From the NCBI GenBank assembly GCA_943788055.1, contig CALSOU010000010.1, forward strand, positions 25,805 through 89,804: DNA of 64,000 nt, given 5' to 3'. This document shows, in pieces, positions 29,453 through 38,418 of the stretch; the stretch's first letter is position 1; each line of letters opens with the position of its first letter. Below the pieces are notes generated by a model. The model did not search any database, was not told where the DNA came from, and saw nothing but the letters and a program-made list of their open reading frames with translations. The stretch comes from an uncultured Saprospiraceae bacterium. Lineage in GTDB: Bacteria > Bacteroidota > Bacteroidia > Chitinophagales > Saprospiraceae. The translations under genes and the position numbers were made by a program.

Positions 29453-30571
29453 TTATTTTCTTTTTCGTTTATTCTCTTTATAATCCATAAACACGAACTC
29501 ACCGAGTCCCTCTAGTGAACTATAAAATGCTTTTCCATTATTAGCTTTTGTAAATTGGTCTACAAACTGAACTAAGTAAGGATCTCTTGCAATCATAAAA
29601 GTTGTTACTGGAATCTGTAGTTTTCGACATTTTACAGCAAGCGCTAAAGTCCGATTTAGAATCTGCCTATCAATTCCAAAGCTATTTTTGAAATACTTCC
29701 TACCTTTCTTGATACATGTAGGCTTACCATCGGTAATCATCATGATCTGCTTATTGTTGTTCTTCCTCTTTCGCAGAATATCCATGGCAAGTTCCAAGCC
29801 AGCAACTGTATTTGTATGGTAAGGCCCAACTTCTAAGTACGGCAAATCCTTGATTTGAATCTGCCATGCATCATTTCCAAAAACTATGATATCAAGCGTA
29901 TCATGAGGGTAACGTGTAGTAATCAACTCTGACAAAGCCATCGCAACTCTTTTTGCCGGAGTGATTCGGTCTTCTCCGTACAAAATCATTGAGTGTGAAA
30001 TGTCAATCATCAAAACTGTGCTCGTCTGACTTTTGTAGTAAGTATCATTAACGCTTAGGTCTTTCTCAGTAAGTAAAAAGTCATCTATACCATTATTAAT
30101 TTGAGCATTCCTTAGTGACTCTGAAACATCTATATGATCTAGTTTATCTCCGAATTGATAAGGTTTAGACTCACTAGTAGCTTCATCACCCATTCCAGAA
30201 AATCTGGTATTATGTTCCCCTCTCTTTGATTTCTTTAGTTGATCAAAAATATCGTCCAAAGCTTTTTGGCGTAAGGCAATCTCCATCTTGCTCGTAGGAA
30301 CCTTTCCTATTCCACCACCATTTCTCTCACCATCCTTAATAAATCCTTTGGCTTCAAGATCCTTAATAAAATCTGAAATCCCATAATCTGCAGTTGTTAA
30401 TTCATATTCCCTATCTAACTGTGTCAACCATGACAAAGCTTCATCGATATTACCTGATGTATAAACCAATAAATCCTGGAATATCTTGAAGAGACGATCA
30501 AATGTTGATTGATTTGGACCACCTCCGGTAAACTTTGAAAATCGATAACCTTTCATACTACTATTTATCAA
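29453..30571 (-). CDS. von Willebrand factor type A (vWA) domain protein
   Basis: MIDAS-like motif LMIDISHSM and later IMMITDGKPT. The N-terminal helical region precedes the vWA fold. Lies immediately upstream of the AAA+ gene on the same strand. Confidence 0.75.
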   Translation of the reverse strand: MINSSMKGYRFSKFTGGGPNQSTFDRLFKIFQDLLVYTSGNIDEALSWLTQLDREYELTTADYGISDFIKDLEAKGFIKDGERNGGGIGKVPTSKMEIALRQKALDDIFDQLKKSKRGEHNTRFSGMGDEATSESKPYQFGDKLDHIDVSESLRNAQINNGIDDFLLTEKDLSVNDTYYKSQTSTVLMIDISHSMILYGEDRITPAKRVAMALSELITTRYPHDTLDIIVFGNDAWQIQIKDLPYLEVGPYHTNTVAGLELAMDILRKRKNNNKQIMMITDGKPTCIKKGRKYFKNSFGIDRQILNRTLALAVKCRKLQIPVTTFMIARDPYLVQFVDQFTKANNGKAFYSSLEGLGEFVFMDYKENKRKRK

Positions 30572-30828
30572 AATGTAACATTAGCTATACAAATTACCAT
30601 TTAGAAAGTTTTCAATTTTTGTTTATATATATATTGTCTTGCACCTAATTGATTGCTCAAACTCTAATTTTACTTTGATTCCAATCTATTAACTATCTCA
30701 AAATCTAAAAGATTGTATAATATTAGATAGCAATATGTGCAATGACTGTCTAGAATATTCTTGCTATTCATCTAATAAATGATGCGATAATGAATTCGTT
30801 ACTTAGTTTTACAAATGATTAGATGTGT

Positions 30829-30836
30829 TATCTTTG
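30829..30836 (+). promoter_or_regulatory. Bacteroidota -7 promoter box (TATCTTTG)
   Basis: Perfect TAnnTTTG match lying inside the first codons of the track ORF (GTG at 30825). The real lepB start is therefore probably downstream. Confidence 0.45.
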
Positions 30837-30854
30837 CAAACTAAAATCAAAATT

Positions 30855-32438
30855 TTGAGCATACTAATTTTCTTAATCGTTTCATATATACTGCTTTCAA
30901 TAAGTCTTTTTATGCTTTTCAAGAAGACTGACGTCAATCCTACAAATGGTTTGATTCCCATTGTAAACTTCATCGAATGGGCAAAGCTAATTGGAAGAAA
31001 GCCTGTATATGTTTTGTGGTTACTCCTCCCCTTAGTTAATATCTTTATATTCTGTGGAATGGCCGTTGATCTAGTGCGATCATTTGAGAAATTAAAACTG
31101 GCTGACTCTGCGTTAGCAGTGATTTACGCACCTGCGGTATTTTTCAAAGTTGCCTTAACTGATTCAGATAAATATGTGGGGCAAACTCTTATCTTGGAAA
31201 AACAGTACGCAGATGATATTGCGTCAGCAAAGGAATCAGGAGACGAGTACAAGTACCAAAAGCTGGAAGAAAATAACCCTTACAAGAAATCTGGCTCACG
31301 CGAATGGGTGGAATCAATTGTGTTTGCTGTATTTGCGGCAGCTTTTATTCGTATGTTTTTAGTTGAAGCTTATATCATTCCAACACCGTCTATGGAAGGA
31401 TCTTTACTTGTTGGAGATTTCCTTTTTGTTAGCAAAGCTAGCTATGGAATAAGAACGCCGCAGACAGTTGCTATGTTCCCACTTTTACACAACACCATTC
31501 CTAAACTGGGCGTCGAATCATATTTCAAAAATCCAAGTCTACCTTATTACAGACTTCCGAAATTTGGTGATGTAGAAATTAATGACCCAATCGTCTTTAA
31601 TTGGCCAGCTGGAGATAGTGTTTATCTAACTCCAAGCAGATCCTGGAGTGCTTACCAAGCTACTCTTCCCAATAACCTAGCTGGTGATCCAGGATTAAGA
31701 AATGAAATTGCAGCAGGTGACCTTCGAGTTAGACCAGTTGACAAGCGCGATCACTATATAAAAAGGAATATGGCATTGCCTGGCGACAGTCTTGAAATTA
31801 TTGACGGCCAAGTGTACGTCAACGAGGAAGCGAACCCAAATCCACCTCATATGCAATTTAACTATTCAATCGTTGACCCTACTAATTCGTTCAGTATAAG
31901 TCAACTTGATAAATATGGTATTGATCGTAATGACATAAATGGAAATACGATTGCTCTTGATGCAGAGCAAGTCGCAATAATAAAAGAGCAATTTCCAAAT
32001 GTTCAAGTAGAAAAGCTTAGGACGGGTCCAAGACCAAAAACTCTTTTCCCAAATGATCCAAAAAACTTCAGCACTTGGACGATCGATAATTTTGGGCCTA
32101 TTTACATTCCAAAAAAGGGAGAAACTGTAGTAATTACTCCTAAGAATATTGCTCTTTACAAAAGAATCATAAGTGCTTACGAAGGCCACAGCCTATCACA
32201 GAAGAACGGTAGAATTTATATAGATGGTGTAGTTGCAACCACATACACTTTCGAGCAAGATTATTATTGGGCAATGGGTGATAATAGACATGCCTCAGAA
32301 GATAGTAGATTTTGGGGATTCGTCCCATTTGACCACATGGTTGGAAAACCCATTTTCATATGGATGTCTCTTAAAAATGGTAGCCTAGGACAAGGGATTA
32401 GATGGAATCGTATTTTTTCCAGTGCTGATCCTGATTAA
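30855..32438 (+). CDS. lepB: Signal peptidase I with N-terminal multi-TM extension
   Basis: S26 motifs IPTPSMEGSLLVGDFLFVSK (catalytic Ser), YIKRNMALPGD (Lys) and GDNRHASEDSRFWGFVP. Start is uncertain: in-frame GTG 30825, TTG 30855 or ATG 30912. Confidence 0.85.
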   Translation: MSILIFLIVSYILLSISLFMLFKKTDVNPTNGLIPIVNFIEWAKLIGRKPVYVLWLLLPLVNIFIFCGMAVDLVRSFEKLKLADSALAVIYAPAVFFKVALTDSDKYVGQTLILEKQYADDIASAKESGDEYKYQKLEENNPYKKSGSREWVESIVFAVFAAAFIRMFLVEAYIIPTPSMEGSLLVGDFLFVSKASYGIRTPQTVAMFPLLHNTIPKLGVESYFKNPSLPYYRLPKFGDVEINDPIVFNWPAGDSVYLTPSRSWSAYQATLPNNLAGDPGLRNEIAAGDLRVRPVDKRDHYIKRNMALPGDSLEIIDGQVYVNEEANPNPPHMQFNYSIVDPTNSFSISQLDKYGIDRNDINGNTIALDAEQVAIIKEQFPNVQVEKLRTGPRPKTLFPNDPKNFSTWTIDNFGPIYIPKKGETVVITPKNIALYKRIISAYEGHSLSQKNGRIYIDGVVATTYTFEQDYYWAMGDNRHASEDSRFWGFVPFDHMVGKPIFIWMSLKNGSLGQGIRWNRIFSSADPD

Positions 32439-32520
32439 ACCTCAATGATAAGCGATATTGCTGACTTTTGGTATATTTCAGATCTGTCCACAATTGCTGG
32501 AAAACTTAATCATTGATAAT

Positions 32521-33396
32521 ATGATCCGCGAGACTCTTATTCTTTTTGTTGTGCTTACCTCTGTTGTTTTGCCTACTATTTCTAGTCAACTTCCGGCGAC
32601 AGACGTTTATAAAATTGAACTGGATGCAAACCAACAGCCAGCGGTGATTTACTTCATGAATGATTATAATGTTGGCAAATACAACAATCAACCTTCGTTC
32701 ATAAACGATACAGAAGTTTTACTGACAAGCGAATTCAATGATGGTAATACTGACGTGATTAAATGGAATCTTCGTTACAATAGCTATAGGCGTCTAACAT
32801 CAACAGTTGAAAACGAGTATTCTCCAAAAATTCTAAATAAAAGTTCATTTCTGGTCGTAAGGCAAGAAGAAGATGGCAAGACTCAAAGCTTGTGGTCCTA
32901 TCCAAATGATTTATCAAACTCTGGTTCAAGACTCTTTAAAGACTTTGACAACATTGGATACTTCCAGCCTTTATCCAATTTTAAGATAGCACTATTCACA
33001 CTTGAAGGTGAGAATTCCCCCCTTTACATTGGTAATCTCCGAAATGAAACAACGATCAAGATTTCGGATAGCGTTGGTCGATGCTTTCAAAAAAGCAAGA
33101 AAGGTGAACTGATCTTTATGGAAAAACAAAAAAGTGGGAAATTCAGGATTAAATCCTACAATACGATAAACCAGCAAATAGATGACTCTGCTCAAGGACT
33201 TGATGGCTCTCAAGATTTCTGTCTTTTTGGTCCACGAGAAGACCTATTGATGGCCGTAGGACCTGAAATATTTAGATTTAACCGCAATTCTAATAGCTGG
33301 ATTTTATGGCAAGATCTTGCGAAATTTGGAATACTTAATATCACTAGAATTTCATCTTTAGATAACACCCTTCTTATTGTAAATAATCGACCATGA
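32521..33396 (+). CDS. Hypothetical secreted protein (possibly beta-propeller-like)
   Basis: Start placed at the ATG at 32521 (MIRETLILFVVLTSVVLPTISSQ signal). No motif recognised. Its stop overlaps the next gene's start (ATGA). Confidence 0.4.
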   Translation: MIRETLILFVVLTSVVLPTISSQLPATDVYKIELDANQQPAVIYFMNDYNVGKYNNQPSFINDTEVLLTSEFNDGNTDVIKWNLRYNSYRRLTSTVENEYSPKILNKSSFLVVRQEEDGKTQSLWSYPNDLSNSGSRLFKDFDNIGYFQPLSNFKIALFTLEGENSPLYIGNLRNETTIKISDSVGRCFQKSKKGELIFMEKQKSGKFRIKSYNTINQQIDDSAQGLDGSQDFCLFGPREDLLMAVGPEIFRFNRNSNSWILWQDLAKFGILNITRISSLDNTLLIVNNRP

Positions 33397-34016
33397 ATAA
33401 CTTTCGTGCACTGCTAATCATTCTTACCATTGTATTTTTCAGTGCCTCGTGTGCTACTTTGCAGTATAAAAAAGAAATAAAAGAGCATCGGATAGCATAC
33501 AAGGAAGACTTTCAAAATTCAGATCACGCTCCACTCAAAGGAAGTCAACTTAACGATATGGCTTTCTACCCAGCTGATGATAAGTACGTAGTGAAAGCAA
33601 AAGTCATCAGTAACGAATCTCCTGAAAACTACGATGTTGAAACGTCATCTGGAATGAAGAAATCATTCTACACGTATGGACATGCTGAATTTACTCTAGA
33701 TGATATCATTATTAAGCTAGAATTGATAAGAAATCTTAAAGTTATCCAAATGCCTCAGTATAAGGATTACCTATTTTTGGCGTTTACAGATCTTACAAAT
33801 GGAGAAGACACATATGGAGGAGGTCGATATATTGACTTGTACATTAGTGATATTGAAGAAGGACACATTACAATTGACTTCAATAAGGCCTACAATCCCT
33901 ACTGCGCATATAGTGATGGCTATAACTGCCCTATCCCTCCAGCATCTAATTCTATAAACTTAGAAATAAAAGCTGGCGAAAAAATGTACAAAGGTCCTTA
34001 TCAAGGAAAACATTAA
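33393..34016 (+). CDS. DUF1684 domain-containing protein
   Basis: C-terminal signature GGGRYID...DFNKAYNPYCAYSDGYNCPIPPASNSINLEIKAGEK matches the conserved DUF1684 core. Confidence 0.7.
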   Translation: MNNFRALLIILTIVFFSASCATLQYKKEIKEHRIAYKEDFQNSDHAPLKGSQLNDMAFYPADDKYVVKAKVISNESPENYDVETSSGMKKSFYTYGHAEFTLDDIIIKLELIRNLKVIQMPQYKDYLFLAFTDLTNGEDTYGGGRYIDLYISDIEEGHITIDFNKAYNPYCAYSDGYNCPIPPASNSINLEIKAGEKMYKGPYQGKH

Positions 34017-34061
34017 GTAGTCTGAACAACTTCTACGTGAAATAGAAGCATAAATATACTA

Positions 34062-34856
34062 ATGACACTAAAAGACCAGATTAATCGGAACATAGATCTT
34101 AGCGATAACCCTCGAAGAATAATTAGTCTTGTCCCATCCATTTCAGAACTACTTATCGATTTAGGTGTAGGAGATAGATTTGTTGGACGCACAAAATTTT
34201 GCGTTTTACCAGAATCAATTACTTCAAGTAACAGCAGAATAGTCGGTGGAACAAAATCCGTTCATTTTGATAGAATCCATGAGTTGCAACCTGACCTAAT
34301 TATATGCAACAAAGAGGAAAACACAGTCGAAATGGTTGAAGAACTTGAGAAATTATATCCTGTTTATGTTTCCAATATTCAGACAATTCACAGTGCACTT
34401 GACATGATAACTGACGTTGGCTTAATGACTAATCTGAAAGAGGAAACAGATAAACTCATAGAAAGAATTGAATCATCGCGTGAAGCATGGCACAATAAGT
34501 CACTAAAAACCAGGAAAGTAATTTATCTAATATGGAAAAAACCTTGGATGTCTATTGGACGAGACACGTTCATATTCCATATGTTGGAAGAGGCTAAATT
34601 TGAATCAGTGGTCTACGACTTAAGGTACCCAACATTGGAACTGTCGGAAATGGAAAAATCTAGTGCGGACCTCTTATTTCTCTCTAGTGAACCTTTTCCC
34701 TTCAAGGAAAAAGATATTCAAGAACTTAGTAATCAAATTGGTAAGATACAGCCTGTACTAGTCGACGGAACGTACTTTTCGTGGTATGGAAGTAGAATGG
34801 CTACCGCTTATCAATATTTTGAAGATTTACACAGAATTCTTGGCGAAACTCAATGA
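34062..34856 (+). CDS. Periplasmic binding protein, BtuF/TroA-like (cobalamin/siderophore class)
   Basis: RIISLVPSISELLIDLGVGDRFVGRTKFC and PDLIICNKEEN are typical of class III helical-backbone SBPs. No signal peptide is evident. Confidence 0.65.
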   Translation: MTLKDQINRNIDLSDNPRRIISLVPSISELLIDLGVGDRFVGRTKFCVLPESITSSNSRIVGGTKSVHFDRIHELQPDLIICNKEENTVEMVEELEKLYPVYVSNIQTIHSALDMITDVGLMTNLKEETDKLIERIESSREAWHNKSLKTRKVIYLIWKKPWMSIGRDTFIFHMLEEAKFESVVYDLRYPTLELSEMEKSSADLLFLSSEPFPFKEKDIQELSNQIGKIQPVLVDGTYFSWYGSRMATAYQYFEDLHRILGETQ

Positions 34857-34966
34857 GATTGGTAACTCTCGGAAAGGACTCCATTGTGACAAGTCCTTGA
34901 ATATTAGAAACAATGATCTTATTTTGACCTTAGATATATGTACATTTGTTATTAGAAATATTTTAT

Positions 34967-36691
34967 ATGAGTGCCACCCTCTTTAGATACCTAATTCTAT
35001 TTTTTCTCCTTTCTTATGCTTTTGGGGCTTATGCCCAAAGTGATTACAAGACAGATCAAATAATAGTTGAATTATCTGAAGGTTATGGATATGAAGAGCT
35101 AACCTATGTCCTAAGTTCAAATAGAAACTATGTAGCCTCAATCGAACGCAAACTCGCTCAGTCAAGGCATATCTACTTATTGAAATGTAGGAAAGAAGAG
35201 CAATCGAGCTTACTTCGAGAATTGGCACTTGATGATATGTTTCATCAAGTTTTTCCACCGCGAATAATCTCTACGAGAAAAAAACCTAATGATCCCAAAT
35301 ACTCTGAACAGTGGACACTTAATAAAATTGGACTTGAAAATGCATGGGATTACACCACCGGGGGACAAACAGCGGACGGAGACGATATTGTTGTTGCTGT
35401 GCTAGACGACGGTTTCTTCCTTGATCATCCAGATTTCGAAGGCAATATTTACATTAACCCACATGATTTGGAAGGGGATATGAATGGTGATGGTTGCCCA
35501 GGTGACTGTGGTATTGATGACGATGGAGACGGTTTCGTAGATGAAGACTGGCTAGGAAGAGAGCCAGGAGACCCTGGATATGATACTTCTTATAGAAACG
35601 ATGATGACGAAAACGGTTATAAAGATGATACAAATGGTCTCAACCCAAAAACAGGCAACGACGATCATCCCTCAAGATCGCACGGATCCAGTGTCTCTGG
35701 TATTATTGGGGCTAAATCAGACAATGAGATTGGCGTAAGTAGTATCAATTGGAATGTTAAGATCATGCCCTTAAGCGGAGGACTTTCGGAAGCAGACGTA
35801 ATAGAATCGTACTTCTATTTGATTGATATGCGTCGAAAATACAATGAAAGCAATGGCAAAAAGGGGGCTTTTGTAGTGGCTTGTAATTACTCCTTGGGAA
35901 TTGATAACGGAGATCCTGACGATTTTAAGATCTGGTGCTCTCTATACGATGACATGGGGGAACAAGGCATTATTAATACTGTAGCAACTAGCAACAGCAA
36001 CTATAATGTAGATATAGAAGGTGACATACCATCTCTTTGTCCTTCCGAATACATTATAGCGGTGACGTCAACGGACGATCTTGACAACTTTGCGGAGTCA
36101 GCATTTGGCCCTCTAAATATAGATATGGCAGCTCCTGGGGAACAGAGTTACACTATAGCCCCAACAAAGGCTGACGGATATGGCACATTTCCCGGCACAT
36201 CTGCTGCAACCCCACATGTCGCAGGAGCTATAGGTCTACTCTATTCCATACCTTGTCCGGAATTCATAGAGTACTTCAAGAATAATCCTTCGAAAGTTGA
36301 TAGCTTAGCTCAAATCGTGATTAACTCCGGAGACCAGCTGCCTTCTCTAGCTGGTTTAACTAAATCAGAGAAACGACTTAACGTATTCAACGCTATGCAA
36401 GAGCTTAACAGTTTTTGTGGTAGTAATGGAGCTAATAATGAAGTTTTCGATTTATTCCCAAATCCAGCAGACGATTTATTAAATTTTTCGTTCTATGCTG
36501 ATCCAGTGGAAAAAATATATGTAGAAATTTATAATATTTTAGGTCAAAAAGTGTCAAGTACGCAAGTTCTTTTTCCACTCTTTCAAGAGCCTCAAAGTAC
36601 TATAAACATTGAAGGGCTAGCTCCCGGTTTATATTATCTCAGCATTAACCAGGGAAAAACAAGAGTAGCAGCTAAGTTCATTAAGGGGTAA
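34967..36691 (+). CDS. S8 (subtilisin-family) serine peptidase with T9SS C-terminal sorting domain
   Basis: Catalytic triad contexts VAVLDDG, HGSSVSGIIG and GTSAATPHVAG. Asp-rich insertion between Asp and His. C-terminal CTD LFPNPADDLLNF...GLYYLSI. Signal peptide begins at the ATG at 34967. Confidence 0.85.
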   Translation: MSATLFRYLILFFLLSYAFGAYAQSDYKTDQIIVELSEGYGYEELTYVLSSNRNYVASIERKLAQSRHIYLLKCRKEEQSSLLRELALDDMFHQVFPPRIISTRKKPNDPKYSEQWTLNKIGLENAWDYTTGGQTADGDDIVVAVLDDGFFLDHPDFEGNIYINPHDLEGDMNGDGCPGDCGIDDDGDGFVDEDWLGREPGDPGYDTSYRNDDDENGYKDDTNGLNPKTGNDDHPSRSHGSSVSGIIGAKSDNEIGVSSINWNVKIMPLSGGLSEADVIESYFYLIDMRRKYNESNGKKGAFVVACNYSLGIDNGDPDDFKIWCSLYDDMGEQGIINTVATSNSNYNVDIEGDIPSLCPSEYIIAVTSTDDLDNFAESAFGPLNIDMAAPGEQSYTIAPTKADGYGTFPGTSAATPHVAGAIGLLYSIPCPEFIEYFKNNPSKVDSLAQIVINSGDQLPSLAGLTKSEKRLNVFNAMQELNSFCGSNGANNEVFDLFPNPADDLLNFSFYADPVEKIYVEIYNILGQKVSSTQVLFPLFQEPQSTINIEGLAPGLYYLSINQGKTRVAAKFIKG

Positions 36692-36730
36692 AATTTCAAA
36701 AATTCTCTTGTTTGTAAGAATTAGATAGCG

Positions 36731-36738
36731 TATCTTTG
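36731..36738 (+). promoter_or_regulatory. Bacteroidota -7 promoter box (TATCTTTG)
   Basis: Perfect TAnnTTTG match 41 nt upstream of tRNA-Arg and the rpmB-rpmG cluster. Confidence 0.5.
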
Positions 36739-36778
36739 CGCATCCAAATCGTGACGTCAGCCCTTTTTGGTGGTTAAT

Positions 36779-36852
36779 GGCCCCGTAGCTCAACTGGATA
36801 GAGTACCTGACTACGGATCAGGAGGTTGAAGGTTCGAACCCTTCCGAGGTCA
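36779..36852 (+). tRNA. tRNA-Arg (anticodon ACG)
   Basis: Hand-folded cloverleaf. Acceptor GGCCCCG/CGAGGTC (one C-A mismatch, one G-U pair), D-arm AGCTCAACTGGATAGAGT, anticodon stem CCTGA/TCAGG with loop CTACGGA, and T-arm GAAGGTTCGAACCCTTC. Very similar to E. coli tRNA-Arg(ACG). CCA is not encoded. Confidence 0.9.
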
Positions 36853-36883
36853 CTAAGATTTAAACTTTAAAAAAAAAATAGAC

Positions 36884-37132
36884 ATGTCTAGAGTTTGTCA
36901 ATTAACAGGAAAGAGACCAGTTAGTGGAAACAACGTTTCACACTCAAATAGAAGAACGAAAAGAAGATTTTTACCAAATCTTCACACGAAAAAATTCTAT
37001 GTTCCTGAAACTGAAGAGTGGATTACATTAAAAGTTTCTTCCACTGCTTTGAGAACCATTAACAAAAATGGCATCTATGAATACCTTTTAGAATGCAAAA
37101 GAAAAGGGTTTGATGTTGGTGCTAGTTTATAA
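36884..37132 (+). CDS. rpmB: 50S ribosomal protein L28
   Basis: [33 protein letters not shown] is the canonical L28 N-terminus. Confidence 0.95.
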   Translation: MSRVCQLTGKRPVSGNNVSHSNRRTKRRFLPNLHTKKFYVPETEEWITLKVSSTALRTINKNGIYEYLLECKRKGFDVGASL

Positions 37133-37188
37133 GCTAGTTTTCAAAATTGAAATTTAAAAGTTAGAAATTTTCGAAATATATTGTAAAG

Positions 37189-37377
37189 ATGGCAAAGAAA
37201 TCAAAAGGTAACAGAATACAGGTCATACTTGAGTGCACAGAGCACAAAGAAACAGGTATGCCAGGTACTTCTAGATATGTTACTCAGAAAAATAGAAAGA
37301 ATACTCCTGACAGACTGGAACTTAAAAAGTTTAATTCTGTTTTAAAGAAGATGACTGTTCATAAAGAAATAAAATAA
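37189..37377 (+). CDS. rpmG: 50S ribosomal protein L33
   Basis: [20 protein letters not shown]...[20 protein letters not shown] is the canonical L33 pattern. Confidence 0.95.
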   Translation: MAKKSKGNRIQVILECTEHKETGMPGTSRYVTQKNRKNTPDRLELKKFNSVLKKMTVHKEIK

Positions 37378-37379
37378 TC

Positions 37380-37556
37380 ATGGCTAAAGTATCGAAAAAC
37401 TCCCGTGTAGGAAAAAGAGCAGCAAATGCAGGATCTGGTAAAGATTTTGTTAAAGTTGTTACGAGTGTTAAAGACCCAAAAACTGGTAAGTACACTTACA
37501 AAAACGTGATGATTCACAAGGACAAAGTAAAAGAATACCTTGCTGAAAATAAGTAA
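37380..37556 (+). CDS. DUF4295-family small basic protein
   Basis: Below the track's size cutoff. My translation gives MAKVSKNSRVGKRAANAGSGKDFVKVVTSVKDPKTGKYTYKNVMIHKDKVKEYLAENK. It starts 3 nt after the rpmG stop, the conserved Bacteroidota position for DUF4295. Confidence 0.75.
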   Translation: MAKVSKNSRVGKRAANAGSGKDFVKVVTSVKDPKTGKYTYKNVMIHKDKVKEYLAENK

Positions 37557-37604
37557 TTCGTTTTTGTAATTCAATAGAATTAGAAAGATTGTATGATAGA
37601 TCAG

Positions 37605-37638
37605 GGCATGCTACTGTAAGGTAGTATGCCTTTTTTTT
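37605..37638 (+). terminator. Rho-independent terminator of the rpmB-rpmG-DUF4295 unit
   Basis: Stem ggcatgctac / gtagtatgcc (one G-U pair) followed by TTTTTTTT. Confidence 0.75.
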
Positions 37639-37992
37639 GTTAATCAATTAGTCCCCAACTTGAAACAGCTATCCTCTCTTTAACACAGTACATCAGGTGT
37701 TTTTTAGTGACTGCTAACATACATAACAGCTTTCAAAAATAACGCTATACACAATAAGAGACCTCTACAATCTAGGCCATTCCGCCATTACCAATGCGCA
37801 GCAGTCAGTATACTGGTCAATACCTCCTTCTATACTAGAAATCTAAAACACCTTTGATGATTCGACTAAATATTTTGAATCCATGATGTCAGGGCTACAT
37901 TAATTCCGTTCGTCAAGTTTATACCGAAATATTGATTGTCATGCAAACAGTTTTTGCGAAAGCTAGTTTAGGCACTAATAAACATTTCTAAT

Positions 37993-38208
37993 TTGGTTAG
38001 AACTGAATCATTTCCAGCGAATGAAAATAAAGTAAAAACGCTGAAGAAGATTTGGTTTATGAACCAACTGGGACAAACTGTCAAAATGCGAGAGATTGAA
38101 GGACAGTACCAAATGATAAACATGGAAAATCTATTAACTGGAAATTATTTTTTAAGAATTGTAAGCGCTAATAATGCTTCAATTCCAGTAAAGATCTCTA
38201 AGATGTAA
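37993..38208 (+). pseudogene. Isolated T9SS C-terminal sorting domain stub (relic of a cargo gene)
   Basis: The 71 aa ORF consists only of a CTD-like tail (FMNQLGQTVKMREIEG...LLTGNYFLRIVSANNASIPVKISK). It has no signal peptide or body, and the ~350 nt upstream are non-coding. Confidence 0.45.
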
Positions 38209-38230
38209 TAGATTCTGAAAAAGCGTAAAA

Positions 38231-38267
38231 AGTCCCTACCAGTTAATTCTGGTAGGGACTTTTTTTT
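38231..38267 (+). terminator. Rho-independent terminator
   Basis: Perfect stem agtccctaccag / ctggtagggact followed by TTTTTTT. Confidence 0.8.
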
Positions 38268-38346
38268 GAATCTAGTAAAAGCGAAACCAAATCAATGCTA
38301 AACTTGCATCCTTACTGTACTTTCTAGCATTATCGCTGTTTAATTC

Positions 38347-38354
38347 TATCTTTG
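38347..38354 (+). promoter_or_regulatory. Bacteroidota -7 promoter box (TATCTTTG)
   Basis: Perfect TAnnTTTG match upstream of the ftsY ATG at 38419. Confidence 0.5.
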
Positions 38355-38418
38355 CGATCAGCACGAAAATAAATTAAGAGAAACAGTAGTATAATTTGCC
38401 TTACGTAAATAAATCAAG

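Noticed and set aside
36779-36852. tRNA-Arg as an integration hotspot flanked by an island
   Set aside because: The tRNA is followed immediately by rpmB-rpmG-DUF4295 and preceded by the S8 peptidase gene. I saw no duplicated tRNA 3' end (att site) or integrase.
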